A stretch of DNA of 64,000 bases, from contig CAKKRC010000012.1 in NCBI GenBank assembly GCA_919902495.1, forward strand, positions 71,865-135,864, read 5' to 3'. Shown here in pieces: positions 10,878 through 21,136 of this stretch; the stretch's first letter is position 1, and the number at the start of each line of letters is the position of its first letter. The stretch comes from Nitrospiria bacterium (GTDB lineage: Bacteria; Nitrospirota; UBA9217). Below the pieces are notes generated by a model that worked only from the letters and a program-made list of their open reading frames with translations, searched no databases and was not told the origin of the DNA. The translations under genes were made by a program, and so were the position numbers.

Positions 10878-10923
10878 AAAAAAAATCCCTTCGTGACAGC
10901 GTTTCGACCGTCGTACGAAGGGA
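10878..10923 (-). terminator. rho-independent terminator for minus-strand gene 10957-11313
   Basis: stem tcccttcgt/acgaaggga with 8-nt A-run on plus strand (T-run on minus). Confidence 0.5.
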
Positions 10924-10956
10924 TGGTATTTGAGGAAACGCAGTTCGAAGGGGAAC

Positions 10957-11313
10957 TTAATGGTCCGCGTTCACCGGAACAACGCTTTTGACGGACCGTT
11001 TCTTTTCCAAAACCCGTTCCAGGCCAAGCCGAGTGGCCGAGAAACCCACCTCAGCCGGTTCTTCTTCCTTCTTGACAGCGTTCATGAACTCGCAGCGCCA
11101 GCAGTTGTTCAGCTTCTGCGCGTAGGTCCCCTGGATCTTGCCGCCGCAGAGCGACCCGGCGATGACCCAGCAGGCCCTCCCCGCGTTCTTGCCGTCGTGG
11201 GCGCCGTGAAGGTCCTGGTGGACGGTCACGGGACAGATCCCGAGGTCAGCCGCCTTGTGTCCGCCCGGCTGACGCCCGCATTTCTTGAATTCCCAGCAGT
11301 TCATTTTCCCCAT
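10957..11313 (-). CDS. small CW/Cys-rich protein (two-CW-like domain), paralog 1
   Basis: 118 aa; motifs NCWEFKKCG, CPVT, ACWVIAGSLCGG, NCWRCEF; 70% identical over core to neighbour ORF. Confidence 0.6.
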   Translation of the reverse strand: MGKMNCWEFKKCGRQPGGHKAADLGICPVTVHQDLHGAHDGKNAGRACWVIAGSLCGGKIQGTYAQKLNNCWRCEFMNAVKKEEEPAEVGFSATRLGLERVLEKKRSVKSVVPVNADH

Positions 11314-11372
11314 CGTGCGAGATACCCCTTATTGTAGGAATTATCAGGGAGCGATGCCCTGAGCTTGCATTA

Positions 11373-11771
11373 TTATTTCTGTTTGACCTTTTCCAGGACC
11401 TTCTCGATCCCCAGCCGCGTCGCCGAGAATCCGAACGGCATCGGTTCCTCTTCCTTCTTGACGAGGTTCATGAACTCGCATCGCCAGCAGTTGTTGAGCT
11501 TCTGCGCGTAGGTCCCCTGGATCTTGCCGCCGCAGAGAGAGCCCGCAATGACCCAGCAGGCCCTGCCCCCCTTCTTTCCTTCATGCGCTCCGTCGAAGCC
11601 GTCATGGACGGTCACCGGGCAGGTGCCCAATTCCGCTTCCTTGTGCCCGCCCGGCTGGCGACCGCATTTCTTGAATTCCCAGCAGTTGATCTTAACCGCC
11701 GCCGGGCCCTTTTTTTCTTCGGTCGGCTTAGCCGTGGAACTTTTTTTCCAAGCATCGGACAAAATGGCCAT
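11373..11771 (-). CDS. small CW/Cys-rich protein, paralog 2
   Basis: 132 aa; same Cys/Trp motif set as 10957-11313; tandem duplicate. Confidence 0.6.
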   Translation of the reverse strand: MAILSDAWKKSSTAKPTEEKKGPAAVKINCWEFKKCGRQPGGHKEAELGTCPVTVHDGFDGAHEGKKGGRACWVIAGSLCGGKIQGTYAQKLNNCWRCEFMNLVKKEEEPMPFGFSATRLGIEKVLEKVKQK

Positions 11772-12027
11772 GGGATCACCTCGCGAGAAAAATGATCTGT
11801 GTCGAGCTGTGTACTTCTGTAGCTAAGAGTTTGCAAATCATTTGCCAGAAAATAAATACTAAGAAAACAACATGTTGGATTCCGGAGGGGTTCTCTTTTG
11901 TCTCAGATCTAAGACGGAATTCTCAGCTCTGCGACATCATTTGTTCGTTCATTTTGGAGAATATACGACAATTTAAAAAGCAAAGTCAACCGTATAGTCT
12001 GACTGTCGATGATGTAAAATTGTGATT

Positions 12028-12762
12028 TTATCCGTTGTTCGACGTATCTGATCTCGAGATCGCCGACAGGACGCCGTGCAAGATGCTGATATCGCGTTGT
12101 TCAAGGCGGGACTTTCCGAACAACTGGCGGAGGGAGGTCATCATATGGTCCTTGTTGTGCGGACCAAGGAACCCGCTGTCTTCGAGGGACTTTTGCAGGT
12201 GTTGATAGAAAACCTCCAATGCTTCTGTCGGCGCCAGGGTCTTTCCCGCGGAGACGGTACCGGCATGCGTGGCGAGGAACAGTTCGTACGCGACGATGCA
12301 GACGGCATGGGAGAGGTTCAGGGAGGGAAAGTCGTCGGAAGAGGGGATGACGATGAGCTCGTTGCAGAGGTTCAGGTCTTCGCTGTCCAACCCGTTCACT
12401 TCCCTGCCGAACACCAGCGCGATCCGGTTCTGCGACAGAAGCGGAACGATCCGGTCCGCCATCTCCCGCGGCGTTACGATGTTCCGGCGATGGCGGCCCA
12501 GGTGCCGCGAGGTCCCGATGACGAGGCCGTGTCCGGCGACCGCTTCCTGCAGCGTCTCGGTCCGAACGGCATCACGCAGGATCGCTTCAGCGCCAGCGGC
12601 AAACTTCACCGCCTCGCCCTGGTCGTCCTGGGGCGGACGGACGAGCATCAGACGGGAAAGGCCCATGTTCATCATGGACCGCGCGACAGCGCCGATATTG
12701 CCCGGCGTTTTGGTCCTGACGAGGACGATGCTGACGCTGTTGAGAAGGCCCTGTGCTTTCAT
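12028..12762 (-). CDS. trmJ: SpoU/TrmH-family tRNA 2'-O-methyltransferase (TrmJ-like)
   Basis: IVLVRTKTPGNIGAVARSMMNMG N-terminal SPOUT motif; 244 aa. Confidence 0.75.
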   Translation of the reverse strand: MKAQGLLNSVSIVLVRTKTPGNIGAVARSMMNMGLSRLMLVRPPQDDQGEAVKFAAGAEAILRDAVRTETLQEAVAGHGLVIGTSRHLGRHRRNIVTPREMADRIVPLLSQNRIALVFGREVNGLDSEDLNLCNELIVIPSSDDFPSLNLSHAVCIVAYELFLATHAGTVSAGKTLAPTEALEVFYQHLQKSLEDSGFLGPHNKDHMMTSLRQLFGKSRLEQRDISILHGVLSAISRSDTSNNG

Positions 12763-13122
12763 GATCGATCATCCTGACCCGGACACGCCGGAACTAAGAA
12801 GTTGTTTTTATTGACAGGATTACGGGATACGAGCGGATAAATTCTTTCAACGCTGAAACGCCTATGGATAAATACCATGATTTGCGCTGTAAAGACCAAA
12901 GAACTTACATGGTTCTCTCGTAAAGAAATTCAGCGAACATCTGCGTTGAATTCCTGGATGCCTATTCCGGATTATAAGTGAAAAGGAAGATGAACTGCAA
13001 GGTCTTTCGAGCGGCCAGAACAAAGGGGGATATTGCGGAGCCGCGCAAATTACTCTATACTTATGACGAAGCAGGACGAACAGGAGCCCTTGTCGTTCCA
13101 TCCTTGTTCGAAAGGACATGCC

Positions 13123-13557
13123 ATGCCGCTCTATAAAAAAGGCGAGATGTTCGATCACCCCGGTGTCCACATCGTTACGGCGAATTCCTTTATCAGCGGC
13201 GACGGCACCCTGGTGATGACCATGGGGGCGGGCCTGTCCCTCAAGTCCCGCTATCCCGAGCTGCCGAAGGTCTTCGGCACGATGATAAAGGAGTACAGCG
13301 GACATCTGGGCACCTACGGCCTGCTCCTTTACGGGAACAAGGGCATCCTCCAGACGCGGAGGGACCTTGGCGGCAAGATGGATCCGGACATCATCACCTA
13401 TGGCCTGAAGGTCCTTTACGCCATCGCCGAAGGCAACCACGGCGTCACCTATCACCTCAATCATCCCGGTATCAGCCTGAACAAGATGAGCATGCCCGAG
13501 ATCGATGAGCTTCTCGGCTCGCTGCCGGAGAACGTGTGGATCTGGCAGAGGAAGTAG
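13123..13557 (+). CDS. hypothetical protein, possible macro-domain-like fold
   Basis: HIVTANSFISGDGTLVMTMGAGLSLK resembles macro-domain nucleotide-binding loop; start chosen at Met 13123 inside ORF 13033-13557. Confidence 0.35.
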   Translation: MPLYKKGEMFDHPGVHIVTANSFISGDGTLVMTMGAGLSLKSRYPELPKVFGTMIKEYSGHLGTYGLLLYGNKGILQTRRDLGGKMDPDIITYGLKVLYAIAEGNHGVTYHLNHPGISLNKMSMPEIDELLGSLPENVWIWQRK

Positions 13558-14254
13558 ACTGCCGGAGAAGTTCAAGGTCTTTCTTGTCTTTCTTCTTTTT
13601 TCTGCACCCCGGTTCACATCACCGCACAAACATGCCAGGTCGTCTTCTGTTGTGCTGAGCGATATTGCCTTCCATGTGCGCTCACGCTGCGCACGCGCAG
13701 GCATGATTGCGGTTGATCGGCCCTATTCCGGCGCATGTAGCGTGCGGATGATGTTCACGGGATGCAGGGCGCTTTAGAAAACCAACGGATTAAGGTTTTT
13801 GAACGTACCCAAGCGACGGGTAGCCTGGTGCGAAGACTGTGCGTATGCATGGCTAACCAGACATTCTAAAACAACCGACTTGAAAGCAGCGCGTCCGCAG
13901 GGGAAGCGCTGCCGGGAGACGCTTCAAGAACTAAAAACGTGAATGCACTTCCTGCATGCTTAGCACTGCGAGCCACCGGGCTGCCCAAAAAAAAACAAGC
14001 ATCTTGGACATCTTCGAAGGTCCAGATCTTTAAGTCAAATGCTTTTTGTCGCCTTTCTTGCTTGCCCGAAGAAAGGTGACCCAATCCCTGCGACTGGTGG
14101 TTCCGGGATCTGCCCGGGGCTTAAGTGAGTCGCGGTAGGTCGATTTATCGTGAGCCTCCGGCTTATGCTGAAGGGGCTCCTCAGAAGGGCACCCAGCGAA
14201 GATCCTTCACGGCATGCTCGGTCGTCCTCGGTACATTTTAGAAACTCGCCCTTC

Positions 14255-14461
14255 GGGCTCAGACAGTCTAAACTGTTTAACCCTCGGACTTGGTCGCCTG
14301 CCTGGATCTTTGCACGGGATTGCAGAGTCGCTAGAACCTGGCAGAGCGTTGCTTCTCTGGCTTTTATTTTGCTCTCTCCCCCCAGGTATAGCATGCTCTT
14401 TCCTGCCGCGCGCACTCAAAGACAGGGCCGCAGCCCTGCTTGCCGTCTGGCGGGGGACCGT
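14255..14461 (+). repeat. copy A of duplicated leader region plus 5' end of radical-SAM gene
   Basis: about 85% identical to 21137-21540 excluding two insertions in copy B; starts gggctcagacagtc, ends cgggggaccgt. Confidence 0.75.
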
Positions 14462-14477
14462 ATATCCCTGCGGATGA
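14409..14477 (+). pseudogene. truncated N-terminal fragment of B12-binding radical-SAM gene (paralog of 21482-23209)
   Basis: encodes RALKDRAAALLAVWRGTV vs intact RALKEKAAALLAAERGTV; no ATG, stop after 23 codons. Confidence 0.6.
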
Positions 14478-14595
14478 ATCTTCCCTGCTGTTCCAGCCCG
14501 GACCATCATGCGTTGACATTTCATGGTTTCCCCCCTAATATGTGTGCAAGCATGCCTCCTGAAAATTTTGAAGCACACAGGGATCATCTGAACAG

Positions 14596-16077
14596 GTGGA
14601 CCGCGGTCCGGTCCCATTCGAGCGTATGAACAGTTTATTCATCAACATCCAGCCTATCTATCTGATCTATTTCTTTTACGGCGCGGCATTTCTCATCATG
14701 GCCGCCTCCATCGCCGCAAAGGACATGAAGGGGAGCGAGCTCATGCTCGCGAAGAGCTTGCGGCTTCTCGGCCTGTTCGGCTTGAGCCACGGATTTCACG
14801 AATGGATGCAGCTCTATCCCCTGATCGAAGGCGACCATCTGTCCCTCCGGGCGATATACATTTCCAAGCTCGCGGCCCTGATCGTGTTCATCGTGTCCTA
14901 CCTCTTCCTGCTCTGGTTCGGCCTTACGCTCATCAACGGGGTATCGGAAAAGCGGGTCTGGAGGATCGCCCGGACCGTCCCGGTCCTTCTTGCGGTTGTC
15001 TGGGTCCTGCACGTGTGGTACACGGGATTCACCATGGACATGCAGTTTCTGCGGCAGGCGTCCATTGCGACACGCCACACCTTCGGCCTGTTCGGCAGCC
15101 TTCTGACCGCGTATGGACTGACGGCATATTCCCGCGAGGTCGGATATCTCAGCAGGACCGCAGCGAGGAATCTTGCCTATGCAGGCGCCTCGTTCGGGTT
15201 CTATGGCTTTGTCGCCGGGGTGGTGTCCTCGGGCTTCACCTTGTTCCGCTTTCCCATCCCCGTCGAGGTGCTGCGGGGAGCGGCCGGCATCCTCATAACC
15301 TATTTCATCATCAAGGCGCTCAACATTTTCGATGTGGAGATGCGGAAAAAGATCGAGCTGCAGACACGGCGTATCGTCCAGGCGGAGAAACTGACCTCGC
15401 TGGGCCAGCTCGCGGCAGGCATCGCACATGAGATCAACAACCCCCTGGCGAATGCGTCGCTCGGGATCCAGACGCTGAAGCGCAGGATAAGCGGAGACCG
15501 GATGGACGGGTCGGTACTGGACAAGCTCGAGCTGGTCGAAAGGAACATCGATCGCGCGGCCGGCATCGCCCGCGAGCTGCTCCAGTTCTCCCGCCAGCAG
15601 GAGGTCGATGTCATGCCGGTGCACGTGAACGCCGTGCTGCGCGGGACGCTGACGCTTCTCGAATACAAATTAAAGGGGGTATCCGTCCGCCAGGACCTGC
15701 ACCCTGTTCCGTCCGTCATGGGCGATGCGGGAAAGCTCGAACAGGTCTTTATCAATGTGCTCTCCAATGCCGTGGAGGCGATGCCGCAGGGGGGCAGCAT
15801 GAGCATCGCGACGAGCGTTGAGGGAAGCTTCGTTCAAGTGCGCGTCGACGACAGCGGGAGCGGAATACCGGAAGAGCTGTTGTCCCGGGTGTTCGACCCC
15901 TTCTTCACCACCAAGGACGTGGGAGCGGGGACCGGTCTCGGTCTGGCCATATGCTACGGGATCGTGAAACAGCATCACGGGACGATCGAGCTGCGGAGCA
16001 CCGCAGGCAAGGGCACGACGGTCATCATACGGCTGCCCCGGAGGGAGGACGATGAAAAAGATATTGATCGTGGATGA
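14596..16077 (+). CDS. sensor histidine kinase (membrane, HisKA + HATPase_c)
   Basis: multiple N-terminal TM helices; H-box [10 protein letters not shown] boxes (DSGSGIP, GTGLGL). Confidence 0.85.
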   Translation: MDRGPVPFERMNSLFINIQPIYLIYFFYGAAFLIMAASIAAKDMKGSELMLAKSLRLLGLFGLSHGFHEWMQLYPLIEGDHLSLRAIYISKLAALIVFIVSYLFLLWFGLTLINGVSEKRVWRIARTVPVLLAVVWVLHVWYTGFTMDMQFLRQASIATRHTFGLFGSLLTAYGLTAYSREVGYLSRTAARNLAYAGASFGFYGFVAGVVSSGFTLFRFPIPVEVLRGAAGILITYFIIKALNIFDVEMRKKIELQTRRIVQAEKLTSLGQLAAGIAHEINNPLANASLGIQTLKRRISGDRMDGSVLDKLELVERNIDRAAGIARELLQFSRQQEVDVMPVHVNAVLRGTLTLLEYKLKGVSVRQDLHPVPSVMGDAGKLEQVFINVLSNAVEAMPQGGSMSIATSVEGSFVQVRVDDSGSGIPEELLSRVFDPFFTTKDVGAGTGLGLAICYGIVKQHHGTIELRSTAGKGTTVIIRLPRREDDEKDIDRG

Positions 16078-16708
16078 TGACAGGGAGATGCGGACGCATC
16101 TTACCGAGATCCTGCGGGGGGCCGGTTATGAGACCGCGGAAGCCGCTTCGGGCCGCGATGCCGTCGAACGGTCGATCGACGAGGATTTTGACCTCGTTCT
16201 GCTGGACCTGATGATGCCGAAGATGAGCGGGATCGATGTTCTCGCGGAGCTGCGGAAGGTCTCGCCCCGGGCGCGGGTCATCATGCTCACCGCCTTTGCG
16301 ACCGTCGAGAGTGCGGTCGATGCCGTAAAACGCGGCGCGAGCGATTATCTCTCCAAACCGTTCAAGATAGACGACCTCCTGACGCGCATGCGGCGGGTCC
16401 TGGAAGAAGCGAGCTTCGACGCCTGCGCCATCGTCGGGGACCTGGACTGCATCCTGGGTTCGCTTTCCAATCTCACGAGGAGAAAGATCATCCGCATCAT
16501 TTCAGCACGGCGGTCTGTGCGGCTCATGGAGCTTGCCCGGGAACTGGACATCGAGGACCATACCAAGGTCATTTTTCACCTGAAAATACTGCGGGCGGCG
16601 GGGATCGTGGAACAGGACAAGGACCGTTCGTATACGCTGACCAAAGAGGGAGAACGAACCATGGCCGGTCTGAAGATCCTGGAGACCCACTTGTCATCCA
16701 CCCCCTGA
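16052..16708 (+). CDS. response regulator, receiver + ArsR-like wHTH
   Basis: KILIVDDD ... DLVLLDLMMP receiver motifs; C-terminal HTH (ARELDIEDHTKVIFHLKILRAAG). Confidence 0.8.
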   Translation: MKKILIVDDDREMRTHLTEILRGAGYETAEAASGRDAVERSIDEDFDLVLLDLMMPKMSGIDVLAELRKVSPRARVIMLTAFATVESAVDAVKRGASDYLSKPFKIDDLLTRMRRVLEEASFDACAIVGDLDCILGSLSNLTRRKIIRIISARRSVRLMELARELDIEDHTKVIFHLKILRAAGIVEQDKDRSYTLTKEGERTMAGLKILETHLSSTP

Positions 16709-17074
16709 ATCCCCGTTCTTCTCCGCACTGGCACGCTGCGCCGCTTGTTTGACTGGAAATATCGGTAATATATATAGCGGTAATACCTGCCTGTCATCAC
16801 CTCATCCGTACCCTGCGTTCTCTGCGAACGATCGCCTTTCCTTGCGGCCTTTCCCCCCGGGTCGCTGTCCATTCAGCGCCTGCTATCCCTACACCGTCGT
16901 GATCAGTCGTTGCCCGTCGCCGGGCAAGGTGAAATTTTTTTCACCTTTTTCGGGCGCGGGTGAAGGTAAATTAACTTGTTTATACATAGAGTTAGGCGGA
17001 TAATCCGTCACGGTCGAAGATGCACGCCGTCCCGATCTCCGGCTATTTCAAGACAAGCGTGCGCGTGAAGTCTC

Positions 17075-17431
17075 ATGAGGCCATCAATGTCAGTCCATAA
17101 TGCCAATCATGACCGTGTACTGTCTGTTCTGAACACCATCCGCCGAGCGGAAAAAAGCGGGCATTGTTTCTGTCCGACTTGCACCAATGCAATCGTTGCC
17201 ATGGCGCTCAACTGCGTGTCTCCCCACTATTATGTTGAGCAGCAGCGTGACCAGGAACTCGGGTCTCCCTGGCCCGTGGTGGAAGCAGCCGTCCGTGACG
17301 CCATCGAAAAGCTCCGCGCGCAGCCTGACCACCTCTGTCTCCGCGGGCAGCTTAAGAGTTACCGACGGCTGACAGACAGCATAGCCGCCGGCAGGGCGGC
17401 GAACGAAAGTAAGACGAATCAAAAGAAATGA
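17075..17431 (+). CDS. ComFB-like (late competence development protein family) small protein
   Basis: CFCPTCTNAIVAMALNCVSPHYY matches ComFB CxCxxC...ALN..P.Y signature. Confidence 0.55.
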   Translation: MRPSMSVHNANHDRVLSVLNTIRRAEKSGHCFCPTCTNAIVAMALNCVSPHYYVEQQRDQELGSPWPVVEAAVRDAIEKLRAQPDHLCLRGQLKSYRRLTDSIAAGRAANESKTNQKK

Positions 17432-17495
17432 CCGTGGACATAAAGCTGTGTGATGCACCGATCCAGAAACATACTGATGAGGGGAGGCTATATAT

Positions 17496-18713
17496 ATGAG
17501 GCGTACCTGCCTGTTGATGTGTCTGGCGCTTCTGCTGTCGATGCCGCTCGCCGCATATGCGGTCGACATGCGGGTGACCAGCTCGACCCAATATCTCTGG
17601 TTCAACGATATCCTGAGCGGTAAAGACGATGAGATGCTGGGCCAGTACCTGAAGATGAGCATCACCAAGGTGAATCCCGGGGATACCATCAGCATCCAGG
17701 GCTATGGCCGGGGAACCTACCGGTCGGCCGATGCGAAGGGCGCCGATGATCTTCTCGGCCGGATGTATTACCTGTATCTTGACTACCGCAACGTGGTCAC
17801 GGACGTCGACCTGATCGCCGGCAGGCACTATGCCGCTCTTCCCGCGGGATCGGCCCTTATCGACGGCGGGACGCTGAGCATCAGGAATGTCGGTCCCGTC
17901 GATCTGCGGATCCTCGGCGGACGGAACGTGGTCTTCTCCGGAGACCGTGGCGAGATCACCGGCGGCAACGACCGCTTCCTGGGAGCGGGCATCTCCACGG
18001 ATGCCGTCCGGCTGACCCATATAGAAACGGGGTATGCGAGAAAGACCGACGGTTCGGATATCGCGCGCGAGACGGTCGGGGTCACCATCACCACCTACCT
18101 GCCGAAGCGCGTCGCCGTCTACGGCGAGGCGAAATACGATCTTCTCTCCGAGGCGACGAATGAGCTTCTTGCGGGCATTAAATTCTCGCCGCTCGAGCGG
18201 TTGACCCTTGCGGGAGAATACTACGAAAGCTACCCCACGTTCGACGCAACATCGATCTACAGCGTGTTTGCAGTGAACCAGTACCAGGAACGCCTGGTCA
18301 AGGCCGAGTACGCCGTGACCGAGGCCTGGAAGGTGTTTGCATCCTATGCGGCGGAAGATTTCAACGACGGAGAGGACGCGAACCTCTACCATGCGGGGAT
18401 CTCCGCCCGGCCCGTCGAGGACCTCGTCCTGAACGTGAGCTATGACAAGCGGAACGGGTATGGCGGGGTCCTGAGCGGCTTCCGGTTCAACGGCCGGTAT
18501 GCCCTCAGCGCGAAGACGGCAGTGTCGGCCGGCATCGACCGGGACGACTTCCGCCGCGAGACATTCGCCGATGAGTCGGTGAAAAAATACTGGATCGGCG
18601 GAACGCACCGCTTCAACAAGACCCTCTCCCTCATGGTGCGCGCGGAAGACAACGTGAACGTCAATTACAACCACCAGTATCAGGGCGCGGCGTCCGTGAA
18701 CGCCGAGTTCTAA
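17496..18713 (+). CDS. outer-membrane beta-barrel porin-like protein (OmbB-like candidate)
   Basis: signal peptide, alternating amphipathic strands, C-terminal Phe (…NAEF); immediately upstream of two multiheme cytochromes. Confidence 0.5.
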   Translation: MRRTCLLMCLALLLSMPLAAYAVDMRVTSSTQYLWFNDILSGKDDEMLGQYLKMSITKVNPGDTISIQGYGRGTYRSADAKGADDLLGRMYYLYLDYRNVVTDVDLIAGRHYAALPAGSALIDGGTLSIRNVGPVDLRILGGRNVVFSGDRGEITGGNDRFLGAGISTDAVRLTHIETGYARKTDGSDIARETVGVTITTYLPKRVAVYGEAKYDLLSEATNELLAGIKFSPLERLTLAGEYYESYPTFDATSIYSVFAVNQYQERLVKAEYAVTEAWKVFASYAAEDFNDGEDANLYHAGISARPVEDLVLNVSYDKRNGYGGVLSGFRFNGRYALSAKTAVSAGIDRDDFRRETFADESVKKYWIGGTHRFNKTLSLMVRAEDNVNVNYNHQYQGAASVNAEF

Positions 18714-18727
18714 GAAAAGAGGACCCA

Positions 18728-19411
18728 ATGAAAAAACAGCCGATCATTGCAAGTTTCGCCTTGCTCGGATTCCTGGTCATCGCGTACCAGCTTGTCGACG
18801 CAAAGACGTCGCACCGCGAGTATCGCGACCTGAAAACCGCTGAGTGCGCTTCCTGTCATCAGGGAGAAGGGATCGCCGCCAACCACGGAGCGTTGTGGGT
18901 CCACGAGCACCGCGTCTTTGCGGTGAAAGCTAACGCGAACTGCGCCGACTGTCATGATCAGTCCTCGTGTCTTGACTGCCACACTGGCGGAGGGATCGAA
19001 CCGGACCTGACCCGCAGCCTGTCCCGGCGCGGGGAATATATGCCGAAAAGCCACCGGTCGGACTGGATCAGCATCCATCCGATCAACGCGAGGAACCGGC
19101 CGCAGGACTGCTATCGATGCCATGATGCCACCTCCTGCTACGACTGCCACAGCAGGGTCAAGAGCAACACGATGAACATCAGATCGCACGTCAAGACCTT
19201 TGTCGGCCAGGACTTCATCTGGAACGCGGAACATTCCCGGGAGGCCCGGAGGAACCTTCAGTCCTGCCAGTCGTGCCATCCCGAGGGAGACGTGTGCCTG
19301 CAGTGCCACAGCGCAAAGCTCTCGGTGAAAGTGAATCCGCATCCCAAGGACTGGAGCGGCGGCAAACTGAAGAGTGCCAGCGGCGACAAGACCTGCCGCA
19401 TCTGTCATTAA
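18728..19411 (+). CDS. periplasmic octaheme c-type cytochrome (OmaB-like)
   Basis: signal peptide; eight CxxCH motifs (CASCH, CADCH, CLDCH, CYRCH, CYDCH, CQSCH, CLQCH, CRICH). Confidence 0.9.
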   Translation: MKKQPIIASFALLGFLVIAYQLVDAKTSHREYRDLKTAECASCHQGEGIAANHGALWVHEHRVFAVKANANCADCHDQSSCLDCHTGGGIEPDLTRSLSRRGEYMPKSHRSDWISIHPINARNRPQDCYRCHDATSCYDCHSRVKSNTMNIRSHVKTFVGQDFIWNAEHSREARRNLQSCQSCHPEGDVCLQCHSAKLSVKVNPHPKDWSGGKLKSASGDKTCRICH

Positions 19412-19438
19412 CGAATACAAGTCAAAGGAGGATCAGGA

Positions 19439-20920
19439 ATGAAGCGCATCATCATATTATTGGCAATAACAGCACTTGCAGTATCCGCACTCGCTGCCTG
19501 CGGATCGGATAAAAAAGAAGGAAAGGGCGGTATATCCGTCTCGGCAATTGACGGCGGCTACATCGGCACGAGCACCTGCCTGGGCTGTCATGACGGATCT
19601 GTTGCTCAGGACAGGACCAGCTTCAGGCAAACCGGCCATCCCTACAAGTACACGCATACCGGCGGGGAGATCATGGGGACATCGACCATCCCGGGCCTGT
19701 GGACGAGGCCTGTAGCGTCAACCGATTATATCAGTACGCTGAGCCTGAACAACCTGATGGTGCTGGACGGCACGGGACGCCTCGACTGGTCCGCGATCAA
19801 CTACACGATCGGCGGTTACGGTTGGAAGATCCGGTGGGCCATACGGGATACGGTCATGAGCGGCGGTACGACCTCGACCGGCTATGTGTGGGCGGGACCC
19901 AAGGCCCAGTTCAATCTGTGGGGCGTGAATGACACCGGCACGGGCCCCCTGGCCATGTGGTCCGCGTACAATACCGGCAAGGACAAGAAGTACGAGTGCG
20001 CCGTATGCCACAACACCAACGGCATCGTATCCACGAACGGCTACTCCTGCAGGACCGACGGCGGCACCGACGCAGCTCCTGCCCGCACCCAGCCCTGGGC
20101 GAAGAATCCCGGCATGGGTCCGGAGACCCACGGCGGCTACTACAGCTCCTGGACCTTTGACGGCGTACAGTGCGAAGCATGCCACGGGCCCGGTCAGAAC
20201 CACGCCACCACGAACGCCAACATAGGCGTGCTGACGCTGGCAGGCGGCGTTGAGATCTGCGCCAAGTGCCACATCAGGGCGGAAAATACGACCGGCGCGG
20301 GCGCAGAATGCGGAGGAAACGCGGACCCGAGGATACTCACCAACGGCGCGATCGCGGACACCGCCACCGGCTTTATCGGCCATCATGAGTCGTACAACGA
20401 GATGGTGGGCTACAACGGCGACGGCGTTCACGCATCATTGACCTGCACGACCTGCCACGATCCGCACAAGAGGTCGATCAAGGTTGTCAATAACGTCGCC
20501 AGCCTTCTCAACATCACCGATAACGATCTGTCGGCACGGGCAAGGGGCGCCATCAAAGTGAGCTGTGTGAGCATGGGCTGCCATGGCAGCAAATCTGCCA
20601 AAACCATCGTCCTGCAGAATGCACACAGCGGGCTGGAATGCATGGACTGCCACATGGCCGAGGCGAACAAGTCGGCCATCAATGCCTCGACCGCGGGGTG
20701 GGGCCGCAAGGGAGACCTAAAGACCCATATCTTCAGGATCCTTGCCACCGGATCAAGCATCACGAGGACCAATGCCGACGGCAAGGTCATTGCGACCAAC
20801 TACCTGACGCCGAAATACACCTGCGGCAAGTGCCATGACATCAATATCAATCCCGGCACGGGAACGCCCATGACCGAAGCAGAGGCGCAGACCGCGGCAA
20901 CGGGCTACCACACGCCGTAA
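19439..20920 (+). CDS. lipoprotein multiheme c-type cytochrome (OmcB-like)
   Basis: lipobox LAAC after signal peptide; seven CxxCH motifs plus a CX4CH. Confidence 0.9.
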   Translation: MKRIIILLAITALAVSALAACGSDKKEGKGGISVSAIDGGYIGTSTCLGCHDGSVAQDRTSFRQTGHPYKYTHTGGEIMGTSTIPGLWTRPVASTDYISTLSLNNLMVLDGTGRLDWSAINYTIGGYGWKIRWAIRDTVMSGGTTSTGYVWAGPKAQFNLWGVNDTGTGPLAMWSAYNTGKDKKYECAVCHNTNGIVSTNGYSCRTDGGTDAAPARTQPWAKNPGMGPETHGGYYSSWTFDGVQCEACHGPGQNHATTNANIGVLTLAGGVEICAKCHIRAENTTGAGAECGGNADPRILTNGAIADTATGFIGHHESYNEMVGYNGDGVHASLTCTTCHDPHKRSIKVVNNVASLLNITDNDLSARARGAIKVSCVSMGCHGSKSAKTIVLQNAHSGLECMDCHMAEANKSAINASTAGWGRKGDLKTHIFRILATGSSITRTNADGKVIATNYLTPKYTCGKCHDININPGTGTPMTEAEAQTAATGYHTP

Positions 20921-21054
20921 GCACCAGCAGCAAAAGGAAGGGATGAACAGATCGAAAAGGCGGGGAATTCTCCCCGCCTTTTGTTTACGTACTGACCGTT
21001 CTTTCACCCAGCAAAAAATCTGTACACCAGGCTCGGTCGTCGATAGCTAAGCAC

Positions 21055-21136
21055 TCTCTCCCTTTTTCCCTCTCAGGAGATTAAGGCCCCCCGACCTCTT
21101 ATCCTCTCCCTCAGAGGGGAGAGGAAGGAGATGGTC
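21055..21136. repeat. GC-rich hairpin element (ctctccc/gggagag family), copy E1
   Basis: ccctctcagg...cctcttatcctctccctcagaggggagagg; same family as 35262-35425, 37540-37760, 50957-51045, 55381-55480, 57510-57600. Confidence 0.7.

Noticed and set aside
12862-13704. 280-aa minus-strand ORF overlapping the macro-like gene
   Set aside because: No motifs; the plus-strand ORF has a conserved-looking nucleotide-binding loop
13560-14250. Possible structured RNA (RNase P, SRP, 6S) in the 700-bp non-coding stretch
   Set aside because: No recognisable conserved cores (for example RNase P AGGAAAGUCCGGGCUCC) were seen; left uncalled
17352-18728. 458-aa minus-strand ORF overlapping the porin-like gene
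   Set aside because: Antisense frame artefact in GC-rich DNA; the plus-strand gene has a signal peptide and C-terminal Phe
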